Part shown: positions 35,995 to 48,330 of the stretch, piece by piece | Layout of the letters: every line of letters begins with the position of its first letter | How positions within the stretch are numbered: position 1 is the stretch's first letter | Assembly: GCF_009834535.1 (NCBI RefSeq) | Contig: NC_045698.1 | Span: 6,884,001 to 6,948,000, forward strand | Direction: 5' to 3' | Source of the DNA: Camelus ferus | Taxonomy: Eukaryota | Length of the DNA stretch: 64,000 bases | Position numbers and translations under genes: made by a program | The notes under the pieces: model-generated | The model's input: the letters and a program-made list of their open reading frames with translations, nothing else | Databases searched by the model: none | What the model was told of the DNA's origin: nothing

Positions 35995-36220
35995 AGAGCA
36001 CAGCCCAGTTTAAGGAGCTCAGGGTGTAGATTCAGGAGCCAGACCACTGGGTTCACATCCCAGCTGCGCTACCTCCCAGCATCTCCTCAGCATCCCAAGT
36101 CCATTCCCACCTCGGGAAGCAGAGGCACAGGACGCCCGTCTCGGAGGATTAAGGGCCCTGAGTTAGTACGAGCCAAGTGCCCAGCCCACGGAGAAATTCA
36201 GTGAACGTTAGCTATTGTTG
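35995..36220 (+). mobile_element. MIR
   Basis: 'gtttaaggagctcagggtgtagattcaggagccagaccactgggttcacatcccagctgcgctac...ggaggattaag...gttagctattgtt'. Confidence 0.7.
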
Positions 36221-37830
36221 TAATCCTAATCTTCTGGTGGACATGTGCAATTCCAGAAAAGAAATCTGCACACACGTAGAAACAGATATAAAAATACACC
36301 CAGAGTACAGAGTTCTTTATGTGTCAGGATATGCCAGTCCTTTATGCTAATGCACACCTGTGGATAAAATGTTCACAGCACAAAAAAAAAGAAACTTTAA
36401 AGATCAAACAACCGTAAAGCAATCACAGCAAATACTTGGGTTTGTCTAGCTCCATCTCTAGACGTCCCCCAGGGACAGAGGCGGTACCTCTCCCCCACCC
36501 CGCATCATAAAGATGATGTCAAAATTAATCTGCAGGACTGAGGGCAGTGTTGACAGCTTCATCTCTGTAAATGTTATTACTGTATTTTTTTAAACCCACA
36601 AACCTCTGCCCATCTTTCTCCAGCCAGACACTCGGAGGGCTCTTCTGGGGGAGAAGCACTTGTCGTCGATAGAAATTCAATTTGCCGCACAAGTTAAGAC
36701 GCAGTAAACCTCGCTCCCCCTTGCTTTACTGCTGCTTTCCCAATCATAAAACGAACCTAATGTTTAAATGTTAGAAAGCACTTAATGTTTAATCGTTGGA
36801 GATTAAGTCTCCTTCGTGATGCCTGAGATGCCGGGCAATAGGTTACAATTTGATTGCCTGCCTGCTCCGGGGGCACTGTCGTGGCTGGAAGAAACATCTG
36901 CCCCAGCTTTCCAAGGCTCATAACTGCCAAAGGAAATGAAACATTTCCTTTTCCAAGGCGGTTGCAAGTTTTGAGGAGCCAGCACAGGGCAGTATTTGGG
37001 CCGGTGAAGGGAGACACGTGCATGCAGTAATTTGCGACGTTCAGGAGCCCAAGAGTCTGGGCTTCTAGCCAGAGGCCTCCCAGAGCATCCTCCCACGGTG
37101 GCCAGGAGGAGCCCCTCGGTCACCACGCTCATGAAATGAAACAAACAGGCAGGGCCTCTTGTGAGAAAGGCCCGGACATCGCCTGTTCAGCATTCACTCC
37201 GAGTCATGTGGCTTAGATCCTTTCACACCAGCAGTCCACTGGCACTTGCGCCTATAGAAATGCTGTTCTTTTGTGCCTCTGAATAAGACCAGAGAACACA
37301 GGCAAGAGAAGGGAAGGAATAATTGCTTGCTGTCACCCATTCAGGCTCTAACAGAGCCAATTTTGAAAGAAAAGAATTCAGCACCGCTTGTCGGCAGGCT
37401 GTTGACACGGTGAATGACATCACATGGTCAGACCTCAAGCAACCAACGAGCCCTTGTGAAAGGGGAACACTGCCAAGTAAGGACCCGCGATGCCACCGGC
37501 ACAGCCGTTTCCTGCTGAGTCAGGCCTCAGAAGGGGGGAACCCGAGCTCCAATCCCTGCTCTGCCGCTCACGGATGCTCTGACCCTGGACAAGAACCTCT
37601 CCAAGTCAGTTTCCTCTTTGGAAAAAGAGGCTTGTGATGCCTGGCTCCCAGGGTGCCTGGGATAACTGTGTGGGAAGAGGCATCCAGGAGAAACCCAGTG
37701 AATGTTAGCTGAAACTGAACCCATAATAAACTCATCATTTATTATAGAGCCCAGATAAAATCAGATTTTTTGTGTGTTATTCGGAGCTTCAGCATTAAGT
37801 AAACTCTATCATCATTAAATCCCTTTCTGT

Positions 37831-38046
37831 CTGGTTTTCCCAACCTCACACCATTGACATTTGGGCCGGAATAGTTCTGTATTGCGAAGGGCGGTCCTGT
37901 ATATTGCACAGTGTACGCAGCATCCCTGGCCTCCACCCACGAGAAGCTAGTCGTGCCCCCTCCTCAGCTGTAACGACCAAAAACTCTCTCCAGACATGGC
38001 CTCATGTCCCCTGGGGGGCAAAATTACTCCCAGTGAGAACCTCTGC
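37831..38046 (-). mobile_element. Near full-length MER20
   Basis: 'caacctcacaccattgacatttgggccggaatagttct...atgtcccctggggggcaaaattactcccagtgagaacctctg'. Confidence 0.9.
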
Positions 38047-40579
38047 TGTCTATTTTCATGGGATACTAGGAGGTCCAACTGCAAAAACTCTTCTTTGCTG
38101 CCCGTAAGCTGCCAGTTGAACATGCAGAGGTAACAGTGAGCAACAGAATCAGAAAGTTGCCTTTTCTTGATAGTTAATGATAACCTTTCCGTAAAATAAA
38201 TAGACCAGCCACTTCTTGTGCCCTTGAACCCATACCCAGGGTCCAACCTCAGCATGCTCTGAGGGCTGAAACAAAGTCTGATCAGGAGGAAACGACCTGT
38301 ACTCAAAAAGAATTGCAAGATTTTGCACATTTTTATGGGCAGAAACCTGGGAAATGTCCATGAGATCAGAGTCCAGTGGTTTTAGGCGATGGAGCATAGA
38401 CTATAACACAGGGTTGCTCCTCGTTTACCAGCCCGGTGTATTGATGAATGATTCTGGAGTTGTTAGTTTATGTAGATGGGAATGGCTCTAACCATTTACT
38501 AGTTGGGTTGTTGGTTGGCTGATTGTAAGGTCCATGAGGGCAGGGCTCTTGTCTGCCATGCTCCCTGCGGTGTCCCCAGCATCAGCAGAAGCATCAGACA
38601 CATAGTGGGTGCACAATAAATTGGTGTTGAAAGAACCATCTGCTTGCTGTTGAGTAAGACAGTTTGTCTCTGATGGTCTCCTCTTTTCCCAGTATCTTTG
38701 GGCTTCCCTGATCTGCTCACACCACAGACCACATTAGCTATCCTAAGCCTCTCCATCAAGTCCACGGACAGAGTGCTGGGTCATCTGCCCAGGGAAGTAG
38801 TTTCCAAACCAGGATGAGGATCAGAATCCATCTGGGGACCTTCTAAACAGCACAGACCCTTGGGCACAGTCCCTGAAGTTCCAGCTCTCTAGTTTGGGGC
38901 TGGGGCCCGGGAATCCATAAAAGTGGTCAGTTTTGCATGCTCTGCTCTGCTCTGCTCCACTCACACTCTGCATCCCTGCTCCATCCTTGCCCTTCCAGGG
39001 ACATCAGTGGGCTCCTAGTTCTTCCCCAGAACCCACGTCTGAGAACTCAGTGTAGGAACAAGAGTCCCCAAGAGCGTGTGGGAGCACAGGAGATTGGAGA
39101 GAGGAATAGAATATTCTTCTTAAAATGCAGCCTGAGGAAAGGGCCACCTATCGTGACAGCCGAAGCATGTCCTAGTCATTTTTTTTCACCTCAAGTATGC
39201 AAAGAAAAAGCTGCAAGCAGGACTTGTGGGTGCACCAGTTGTGCATAAATAATGTGAAGTGACACCCCGAGGTGCAGAGACTTCTGCTCTTCAGCAACTT
39301 GGGGTCATCACTGACATTAGTCTCTGATTTTCATGCCCACAGTTCCCAAGACGGAATCAACCAGAAGTTCTGGGAGCCTTAAATGCTGAACAACACCTTT
39401 GTTCTGACAAAGCAGCTCCCCTCGGCATCACATCATAGCAGCCCAGGGAAAAGGATACTTTGATAGGAATATTTCAGGAAGGGAGTAAGGTGCAATGGTC
39501 TCATCATGAAGGAGGCTCATTCCCTTAAGGTCATCTTCAGAGCTGGAAGTGCTTCACGCTGAGAAAACTGACCTTCAGCGTTTTCTCTATGTGTTTAAAC
39601 ATCAGTACTGGGCTAAAGCAGCCGTCTCAGACGCCACGAGGGGAGGGAGGGTGGGAAGCTCGGGTTTCTGACCTGGACGAGCCGGAGTTGTATGTGCCGG
39701 CTAGAGAGCGTTTATTACAGAAGACTGTGAAAAAAACATAATGTTTCAAAGCTCACAATCTTCACTCCGGACCATTACCTAGGCAGCATCAGACAGGCCT
39801 CTGTCAGCACTGCTGTGATGGAGCCTGAGCCAAGCAGGCACCAGGGGCACGAGGGCTCTGCACTCGCTTGTGGGAACCCAAGGGGACACGTGCCACACAG
39901 CTGGGTCTTAGTACCGCAGCAGAGGACAGTGGGAGCTCAGTGCACACATGCACGAAGGAAAAATAATTTAGGCTGAACTCCCAGGTTTCTGACACTGAAG
40001 CTGCCGTGTGAAAAGCAAGAGGTAAGAATTCACACCCCATATCAGCAATAAAACAACCGCCTGTTTTAGAAAACAATGAAATACACTAAAGATAAACCTT
40101 AGTCTTTTCAAAAGACAAGCCGATCTCATACGTGATTGAAAATCTAGTCCATTACTCTTTCTTTTTCCTCCTTTAAGACAAAATAAAGACGAGAAGCTTT
40201 CAGTGAAATGATGGACCTCCTGAAATTACTACCACAACACCCCTTGACAATACCAGCCCGGGGAAGTTGTTTCTCTACACCGACACATGAGAAATTGGGC
40301 TTGAGGAGCCCAAGAGGTGCAAAATGATTCAAAGCTCGATTACTGCTGTCAATAAAGAATGAATGCGCAAAATTCTTCACAATCTTCACCCCAGAGGTAT
40401 TGAGTGTTTCACAAAAATCTACAAGAGATGGATACTTTCTGATGCACAGTGTTGTCAGAGATTGTAAAGATAAACACCTATGTAAAAAATAAATGTAGTC
40501 CATCATAGGTAATTACATATTTAAAAGTACAGTCATTATTTTTGCTTTCCAATATTTCCAATATTTGACAATTAAGTAC

Positions 40580-40809
40580 GTATATCTTGGCTATCTTAAT
40601 ATAGAATATTTAATGGTATATGTTATTTGTTATGACATTTCTAAGGGAAAAGGAACTTTCACCTCCTCATCACACCAAACCCAGTTCTGCTCCACATCTC
40701 AAGACTCCTGTCCTCCCAGGAAAGTTCTGAATCCAACCAGTTAGGACCAAGACTGTGGGCAGATCGTGATTACCAGCAAACAAGATGACTGCGCAGCAGA
40801 AGCCCTGGA
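40580..40809 (+). repeat. Left arm (probable donor) of a 230-bp inverted duplication
   Basis: Reverse complement of 42830-43060, with 6 substitutions and 3 single-base indels by hand alignment. Confidence 0.97.
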
Positions 40810-41109
40810 CTCAGGTGGCCCTGACTGCCCTTGTATTTCAGCTGCACCAGGTTCCTTCCTGGGGACTTGCTACCCATTCGATTCCTCACTTGACCATAAG
40901 CAACAGGGAAGGTGGGATAAACTAAGGACTGACCTGTGCAAATAGGATATTCCTCACTCTTCCAATTTTACCTGGAAAGCAGATGCCTCAAAAAAGTTTA
41001 TCTCTGGCCCAGATATCTTTTCTTAGAGTCATGTTAATTCACCCAACCATCAAGTTTACATCCCCTCTTAAATGTCTTCCAAAGTTCACCATCTGCATGA
41101 ACAACACCA

Positions 41110-42165
41110 GTATTCCTCCTGGTTTTGTATTTTCCTAACTTCCTCCTCTATTTTCAGTTATGCGTTATCGTAACTGTCTGTTAGTGGTGACTTTAAAGAT
41201 TATAGCATGCACCTTTGACTTTGTAAAAGGCCAGCATGAATTAAGATTTTTTTTTCCACTCTCCAAATAACATTACAAAATATTAACTCCATTTACCTAC
41301 TCAAGTCTTTTGAAAAATCACTGTCATGCATTTTAATTTTCTATATTCTACATACATTTTAGGTCCCAAAACTTTGTTATTATTTTGTACAGTCAATATC
41401 CATTTATATTTATCACTTTCTGTTGCTCTGCATTTCTTAGTGCATTTTTGTTTTTTCCAGTGGGATTCTTTTTCTTTTGCATGAAGAAATCCCTTGAGAA
41501 TTTTTTTAGTGACAAAATCTCTCAGATTTTATTTATCTGAAAATGCCTTTATTTCAGATGGACTTTTAAAAGAAATTTTCACAAGACGTAGAAATACAGA
41601 TTGGTCTTTATTTTCTTTCAGCACTTACTTTAAAGATATCCTTCTATAATCATCTGAATTCCGTCATATTCATCAAGAAGTCAGTTGTCTGTCTTATTTT
41701 TACCCCTGTGAGAGTAATAAGTCATTTTCTCTCTGGATGCTTTCATAATTTTACTTTGAATTTATCAAATTGAGAATCACAGCACTGTTTGAATACGGGA
41801 CTGAATGTGCTTCATCCGTCATTTTGGAATATTGCTTATGCCCCTTTCATTCTTTCTTCTTCAAAGTCAACAATTAAAATATATATAATAAGTCAAAACT
41901 ATATAGTAAATATTAGTGCTTTTCATAGTAATTCATATGTTTATTGATGTGCATTCAACTTTTTGCTTTTCTGTACTTCAGCCTGGATATTTTCTACTCT
42001 CTTCAGGTTCACTAATTCTCTCTTTTGATCGGTTAAATTTGCTATTGCATTCATCTAATGAGTTTATAACTATTTATTGACTGTTTTAATTCTAGAGTTT
42101 CAAATGATTCTATTTTATGGATTTCAGTACTTGATAACACTCTCCATCTATTTCCTGGAACTTAG
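41110..42165 (-). mobile_element. Ancient L1M (5'/ORF1-side) remnant
   Basis: 'ctctcagattttatttatctgaaaatgcctttatttc...tcttcaggttcactaattctctc' T-rich L1 antisense sequence. Confidence 0.75.
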
Positions 42166-42167
42166 CA

Positions 42168-42630
42168 TGATGGGAGAGGCAGTCTCTCATGGGCCCTAAG
42201 CATCATTTTCCATTCTTGCTGGGGGTACCAAGAATGGCAAGCCCCGGCCACCCTTCACCGGGGCCATTTCTCAAGACTGTGTCTCCAGCCAGCAGCTTTG
42301 AGAAGCAGTGCAATGTCTTCCTCTAGGAAAAAGAGCAGGCCTGCTTGCTACCAGCTATAAAGCAGGATGTTCCCCAAGTTCGGTGTTCTTCGGCTGTGAT
42401 GCAAACCCACTGTGCATGCAGCGCTCCTCTGAGCCGTATCACACTGCCCCAGTGGTACCTGAGAAGAAAGGAGTGAAGCAAATAAGTGGACGCCCATGCT
42501 GCTTGCTGAGCCAAGAGCAATAAAGTCCTTTCTCTGCCCCAGGAGCCTCATGTCTTTTACCAGCATCCGTAAAACAGTAACCGATTAACGTATTATCTTA
42601 CAAGTAAAGTCAAATTCCAGCCCAGACAGT
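42168..42630 (+). mobile_element. ERVL-type solo LTR (MER74/MER73/MER54 group)
   Basis: 'gggagaggcagtctctcatgggccc...tataaa...aataaagtcctttctctg...caggagcctcatgtcttttaccagcatcc...cttacaagtaaagtcaaattccagcccagaca'; TATA-like and polyA signals in LTR order. Confidence 0.75.
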
Positions 42631-42640
42631 CACGCACAGA

Positions 42641-43196
42641 AATTTTTTATTGAGGTATAAGTTGATTTATAATATTACTGTATTTTCAGGTGTGTAACCT
42701 AGTGATTCTATTTTTTTATAGATCATACTCCATTGAAAGTTACTATAAAATAATGACTATATTCCTTGTGCTATAAAATATATCCTTGTAGCTTATTTAT
42801 TTTATACATAGTACTTTGTGCCTCTTAATTCCAGGGCTTCTGCTGCACAGTCATCTTGTTTGCTGGTAATCACGATCCGCCCACAGTCTTGGTCCTAACT
42901 GGTTGGATTCAGAACTTTCCTGGGAGGACAGAAGTCTTGAGATGTGGAGCAGAACTGGGTTTGCTGTGATGAGGAGGTGAAAGTTCCTTTCCCTTAGAAA
43001 TGTCATAACAAATAACAGTATCCCATTAAATATTCTATATTAAGATAGGCCAGGATATACATTCTTCTGTCTTGATCCTTCCCCTCTCTCTCTCCACACT
43101 GGTAACCACTAGTTTGTTCTCTATGTCTGTGAATCTGTTTCTGTTGTGTTATGTATGTTCATTTGTTTTATTTTTTGGATTCCACATAAAAGTGAG
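42641..43196 (-). mobile_element. L1 3'-UTR fragment interrupted by the inverted local duplication
   Basis: 'ttttttattgaggtataagttgatttataatatt...tactttgtgcctcttaat' [insert] '...cccctctctctctccacactggtaaccactagtttgttctctatgtctgtgaatctg...gattccacataaaagtgag'. Confidence 0.88.
42830..43060 (-). repeat. Right arm (inserted copy) of the 230-bp inverted duplication
   Basis: Reverse complement of 40580-40809, embedded in L1 sequence. Confidence 0.97.
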
Positions 43197-43429
43197 TCCT
43201 AATTATCTATTGTTTCATATGTTCCTTCACAGGAGCCTAACAGGGAGAAGGGATAATTGTCAGGGAAAGATCTGAACATTTCTAGGAGTAATACCTCTCC
43301 TCTAAAAATATCCAGGTTCTGCTAAATTTCTTCCCACTATTCATATGTCCTCCTGAGACAACAATAATAAATAAATAAATATTACAGGGTGCAAACTAAA
43401 CACTAAATACTGAACACTGGGCGGACAAT

Positions 43430-43600
43430 TTTAGATATAGTACCTCAATTCACCCTCACATTACTTCTTTCCTAAGAAGTGGGTACTATTATCCCAAGAA
43501 ATATGAGTCAGAGAAGTTAAATAACTTGCCTGATGTCAAGCAGATGGCAAGTGACAGGGTGAGGATCTGAACAGGAGCAGAACCACCCCAGAGTTGGCTC
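43430..43600 (-). mobile_element. MIR
   Basis: 'gggtactattatccc...gagtcagagaagttaaataacttgcctgatgtca...ggatctgaac'. Confidence 0.65.
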
Positions 43601-44201
43601 TCAATGCTCCTACCTGGTCAGTGCTCATTAGTAGAGGTCTAATTTATTATTCTTAATTTCTAAGAAACCAGAGATCAGTGCCTTTTTAAAGTACAATAAA
43701 AATAAATTGTTAAAAATAAATACAATAATATAAAATGAGTCCAAATTTTTTAGATTCAGCTAACAAAACTCCTCTGTGAAGTTAATGTCTGTAAATGCTT
43801 ATTCCCAGTTTCTGTACTAACCTCGCTATTGACCAGCGACAAACACTTTGCAGATCAGCACCGATCTGACTGGCACCATGGGAAACTTCTCCATTGGCTA
43901 TGAATTCTGTACTCTGCATTTCCTCAGGGTCTTTGCAGTGGGTTCATTTTTCTACAAAAAAAGAATCTAGTCCAAGTCTTTTCTAAGCCAGCCAGTTCTT
44001 GAGGACAGAGCCCAGATGAAATGGAGGCTGAGAAGGAAATGTCTCTTGCCAGGTGAATGTTGCCAGAGTTGAGGTCATATCTCATCAAATGTTGTCAGTG
44101 GCATCGATCAACTTCAAATGTTTTCTTCCTTATTGGACCTGAAAAGGCCCTCTGAAATCTGGGCCTAACCAACTTTTCCAAATCTATTTCCTGCTACACC
44201 C

Positions 44202-44611
44202 TGTAATGGACTGAATGTCTGTGCCTTCCTCCCCACCCCACCCCCCCGAAGAATTCATATGTTGAAGCCTTAATCCCCAATATGATAGTGTTTGGAGGTG
44301 GGGTCTTTGGCCAGTAATTAGGTTGAAATGAGATCATAAAATGGGACTAATCCCTTATAATGTCCTTATAAGAAGAGGAAGAGAGACCTCTCTCTGAGTG
44401 TCCATGCACGCACACCGAGGAAAGGTCACGTGAGCACAAAGCAAGAAGGCGGCCATCCACAGGCCAGGAAGAGGGCCCTCAACAGGAACTGAATCTGCTG
44501 GCACCTTGATCTTGGACTTCCCAGTTTCCAGAACTGTGAGAAATAAATTTCTGCTGTTCAAACTCCCCAGTCTATGGTATTTTGTTATAGCAGCCCCAGC
44601 TGATGAAGACC
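44202..44611 (+). mobile_element. MLT1A-type solo LTR, apparently complete
   Basis: 'tgtaatggactgaatgtctgtg...aattcatatgttgaagccttaatcccc...gccaggaagagggccctca...aataaatttctgctgtt...gcagccccagctgatgaagac'. Possible TSD caccc/cgccc. Confidence 0.92.
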
Positions 44612-45382
44612 CGCCCCTCAGAATCCCAGGCTCTGCTGGGCATTTTGCCGTTCCCTGCACCCAAATCGGACTTTATTATCAGCTCCACCGACTTGTGTCT
44701 GTGTCTTAGATTATTTTTCATTATTAAGCTCATATACAGACCTACATCAATTTTTAAAAACTGAAGTATGTGAAGATGCTTGGAAATGTGTAAGTGAAGT
44801 CATAACAATTGAAAAAATGGAGCATGTAAATATTATATTCTCCATGAATGTCACCACATTAAAGTATATGATAAAAATAAATAAAAGTCAAAATAAACTG
44901 TCATTAGATATTTATAGTAAAAGACTTTTTACATTTTACATGAAATCATGTTTTCCCCCCACTGTTAAATGTATAATAAAATATTTAGAATTCACAATAA
45001 TAAATGTTATTCATTGCAGTGGCTAGTATCAAAAGTTACCTAGGGCTGAATTAACCCCAGAGCCCATGCTTGTCACCAGCAGTTACACATTACATCAGTT
45101 TTCTTCCTGGAGGCCCAATGTTCCCCCAAAATAAGTCCACTGACCTCACTTCTTTTTTCTGTTGCTACCCAGTCTGCCTCTCAGAATAGAAAGTCCTAAA
45201 CCAAATCCAGTAGAAAGATGTGGTCTTTCCCCATGATTGCTGGTTCTGCACAAACATGGGGTTTTTTTTCTCCCTTTTTTTGACTCTTTACTACTGTTTC
45301 TTACAGGGAACAAATGGTGAATTTAGAAAAGTTTTTTAAAATTCAAAATATTCTCTTAGTGGTTATTTCTGGCCCGTATTCT

Positions 45383-45582
45383 GGTGCAAGAAAGCTGGCT
45401 CGCACCAGCTCCGGAGAGTCACTTCCATGTGTTTCTTCTCAACTTCACATCCAGTAACTCCAGGTTGATAGTTTGAAGTCAGTTGCCCTGGGAGTATTTA
45501 CATCGTGGATGTGCACAACTGCCACATAAGGACTCCGCGCCCCTCACCCCAGGGAGCCCACTGGTGGTCATTTACCAGCTGG
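45383..45582. mobile_element. MER63-like hAT-Blackjack element
   Basis: 'agctggctcgcaccagctccggagagtc...ttgaagtcagttgccctgggagtatttacatcgtgga...catttaccagc'. Confidence 0.6.
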
Positions 45583-46042
45583 TCAGCATCTGCACTGAAA
45601 TATAAGTGGGGCTGGGTCAGCTGACTTGAATCAGTCAGCAAGCTAAATTCTTCCTCCGTTGTTTGCTAAGAAATAACCACCTTCGATGAATCCCATCCAT
45701 TTCTTTTCCTCAACACTCCATGGCATTGAATTTGTACCCCTCACAGAGCCTTGATCCCCTAGTGCCTTGTACTGGGTGTAATTGGTACAGTATTTGTCTG
45801 GCCGTTTCATATGTGCTCTCAGATAAAAAGCTCAGCTCATTCTGCTTTATCGCCCCCACAGAACCTCGGCTTGTGCTTTGCACGTGGTGAACATTTAATA
45901 ATATTGGTTGAATAAATTAGTTGCAAGTGAAATTAGTTTCTGTGTAAGCTCCTAATTGGAGGCAGAAGAAATGTTGGTGCTCTCCAGGGATAAGACAGTC
46001 CTTCAGAGTGTGTTAGTTGTCAAATTTGAAAAAGATGCAAGT

Positions 46043-46085
46043 CACCAAGTCTGGTGCATTAATGCACCAAGTCTGGTGCATTAAT
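46043..46085. repeat. 22-bp-period tandem duplication containing an 18-bp perfect palindrome
   Basis: caccaagtctggtgcattaat at 46043-46063 and 46065-46085; tggtgcattaatgcacca at 46052-46069. Confidence 0.9.
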
Positions 46086-47117
46086 TCAAATGAAGTTGAG
46101 ACCTAAGTACTTCAGAAATGTGACAGACAGGAGGTAGACATCGTATCATCGTTGAGAGAGCAAAGGAAGGAAGACACATAGAAGCTGAAGCCAAAGTAAA
46201 ATGAGCCTGTTTGCAAATGCAGCCTAAACTGAGGACCAAAGTAAGTGATGCAATGAGAGGATACTTGGAAAGTGTCCTCCCAGTGCTTTGGGTCATTACT
46301 GTTATTCTTTTTAATTTGGTCTACTGAGGGACTTAATGATTATAGATAGCATCGTCAAGAATTTCCTGGAAACTAAAGAGGCACATTCTGGGGAAACAAT
46401 CCAAAACAAGTATCAAAATAAAACCCAACCAAACAAAAACAGGAGAGGCAATGTCAAATGCTAAACAAAATTTAAAAGCAGAAATGAAAAATATTATTCA
46501 TATATTAGCATGAGCTTGAGGATAATGTTTCACTCTGGGACCAATTATTGCAAGGAAGGAGCTAGAAAATGGAGGCAATAAACTATTTTTTAAAAGAGCA
46601 AGAGAAAAAGAGGAGAGACATAAATATAATTAGATGAGATTTATACGAACCAAGAAGATTTCCCATGAAGGGCTAGAGAACAAAGAAGGTCTTTGAGTGC
46701 AGAAAATGGGAACTTCAAGGAGAAAATACCAGTATGTGATAGTTCATGAAGTCCTGAAATGCTGAGCACTTACTGACTGATACCTGTACACTGCTTCCCT
46801 TAGCAGCAGTCATATCTTATCCGTCCTGGACTCCTCAGAGTCTGGGATAATGCCCTACACACACGTGTCAGACAAACCTCACGTCCCCAGTGCCTCCCCA
46901 ACACTCCAGCTCTACGGTTCTGCCCCTCCCCTCTCTGGGAACACAGTACAATGGACAGAAAAGAGGTCATTTGAAGTAGCTTTCCCACATCTGCCCAACA
47001 TTGCACGTCTATCTCCTCATTAAAAAATGTTCAAAGCTCACCTTCTCTGAATATATTTATTTAGTATTCTGAGAAAATACATTGAGGTGAACATGTTTGC
47101 TCATGTCTAAACCATCC

Positions 47118-47160
47118 CCGTGCATGCGTGCGCGTGCACACACACACACATACACACAGA
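47118..47160. repeat. Alternating purine-pyrimidine / (CA)n tract
   Basis: cgtgcatgcgtgcgcgtgcacacacacacacatacacaca. Confidence 0.85.
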
Positions 47161-47885
47161 CAAAAATGAACACTGCTTGTAGAGCCCAAAATTGCTCAAG
47201 GACTTAGAAGCTCATAATACCAATATTTCAACATGTGCCAAATAAAGTTAACCAATTGAAAACAAAATTGGGTCCACATTTTCCAGCCTGACTGGTCATT
47301 TTTATAATTCCATACAGATTCTCTCCCTCCTTACTTCTTTCTAAATCTCATTTTCCCTCCGTTGTGAGCATGGGCAGCCTCAAAGTTCCTGTCTCAGGCC
47401 ATCTGCTCTTTGCTGCTCAATGTCTCAGAAACCTCCTTCACCCCATGATCTAACTACACAGTGTGAAAATAATTCCCAAAGCTACTGCCCAGCTCTGACA
47501 ACTCGCTCTCTCTCCCAAGTTCTATGTATGCAAGTACCTACAGGAAAACTCCACAGAAAGCATAAAAATCTCTTAGGCTGAAATCCAATTTGATCTTCTC
47601 TCAAGAGAAACTTCTCAAATTGTCCGTAATTACCAAGAGACTTGTCATATTCATAGACTTCAGATTTCAACCACCTGGAACATCTTCTTTGCTCCACATC
47701 TAATTTATGTAAAATATTACACGTGGTAGGTAGATCTATTTTAGCTCTCCTTTTTTAACAGAAGTCCTCTGCACTGTCCTATTTCTGTTTCCATAAAACT
47801 ATGTCCTCAACATCTAATGTCTAAGTTCCTGAAAAAACATACAAATGGGTCTCCTTGTTTGGGGCGCTCCCAGTTCCAGATCATC

Positions 47886-48130
47886 TGTCTTAAGTCAGTT
47901 TCACTAGAAGCAGAACCTGGGATAAGATTTCTTGTTCCCTGTGATCGACTGAAGGGGTGCTCTCAGGAGAAGGGGAGTGGGGACAGCTGGATAGGACAAG
48001 GGCAGAATGACAACAAAAGATGTGCTCTCGGCCAGAGATCCGCTTGAGCTGATGTCACAGGGAAGCTTTGAAGAATCCGTGACAAGGCAGAGTTGACTCT
48101 GTCTTGAAACACCACTCTGGCTGTGTGTTG
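47886..48130 (-). mobile_element. LTR33/LTR16-like ERVL LTR fragment
   Basis: 'tgtcttaagtcagtttcactagaagcagaacctgggataagatttc...gaaggggtgctctcaggagaagggg'. Confidence 0.55.
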
Positions 48131-48199
48131 CAACACTACCACACAACAGCTTACGTGAACGGGTCAGACCCCGGAGGGCAATCATGTTTCTACACCCTG

Positions 48200-48330
48200 T
48201 ACACACACTAACCCATTTATTTCTCACAACCACCCTGTGAAATGGATGCTGTTTTCAAGTTCATTTTACAAATGAGGAAGTGGAGGCAAGAAAAGTGATG
48301 TAACTTGCCCAAAGCCACGCTGCTGGGACA
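48200..48330 (-). mobile_element. MIR
   Basis: 'tctcacaaccaccctgtga...cattttacaaatgaggaagtggaggc...taacttgcccaaagccac'. Confidence 0.75.

Noticed and set aside
40144..40506. 120-aa minus-strand ORF with an acceptor-like site near 40478
   Set aside because: No recognisable protein and no convincing donor.
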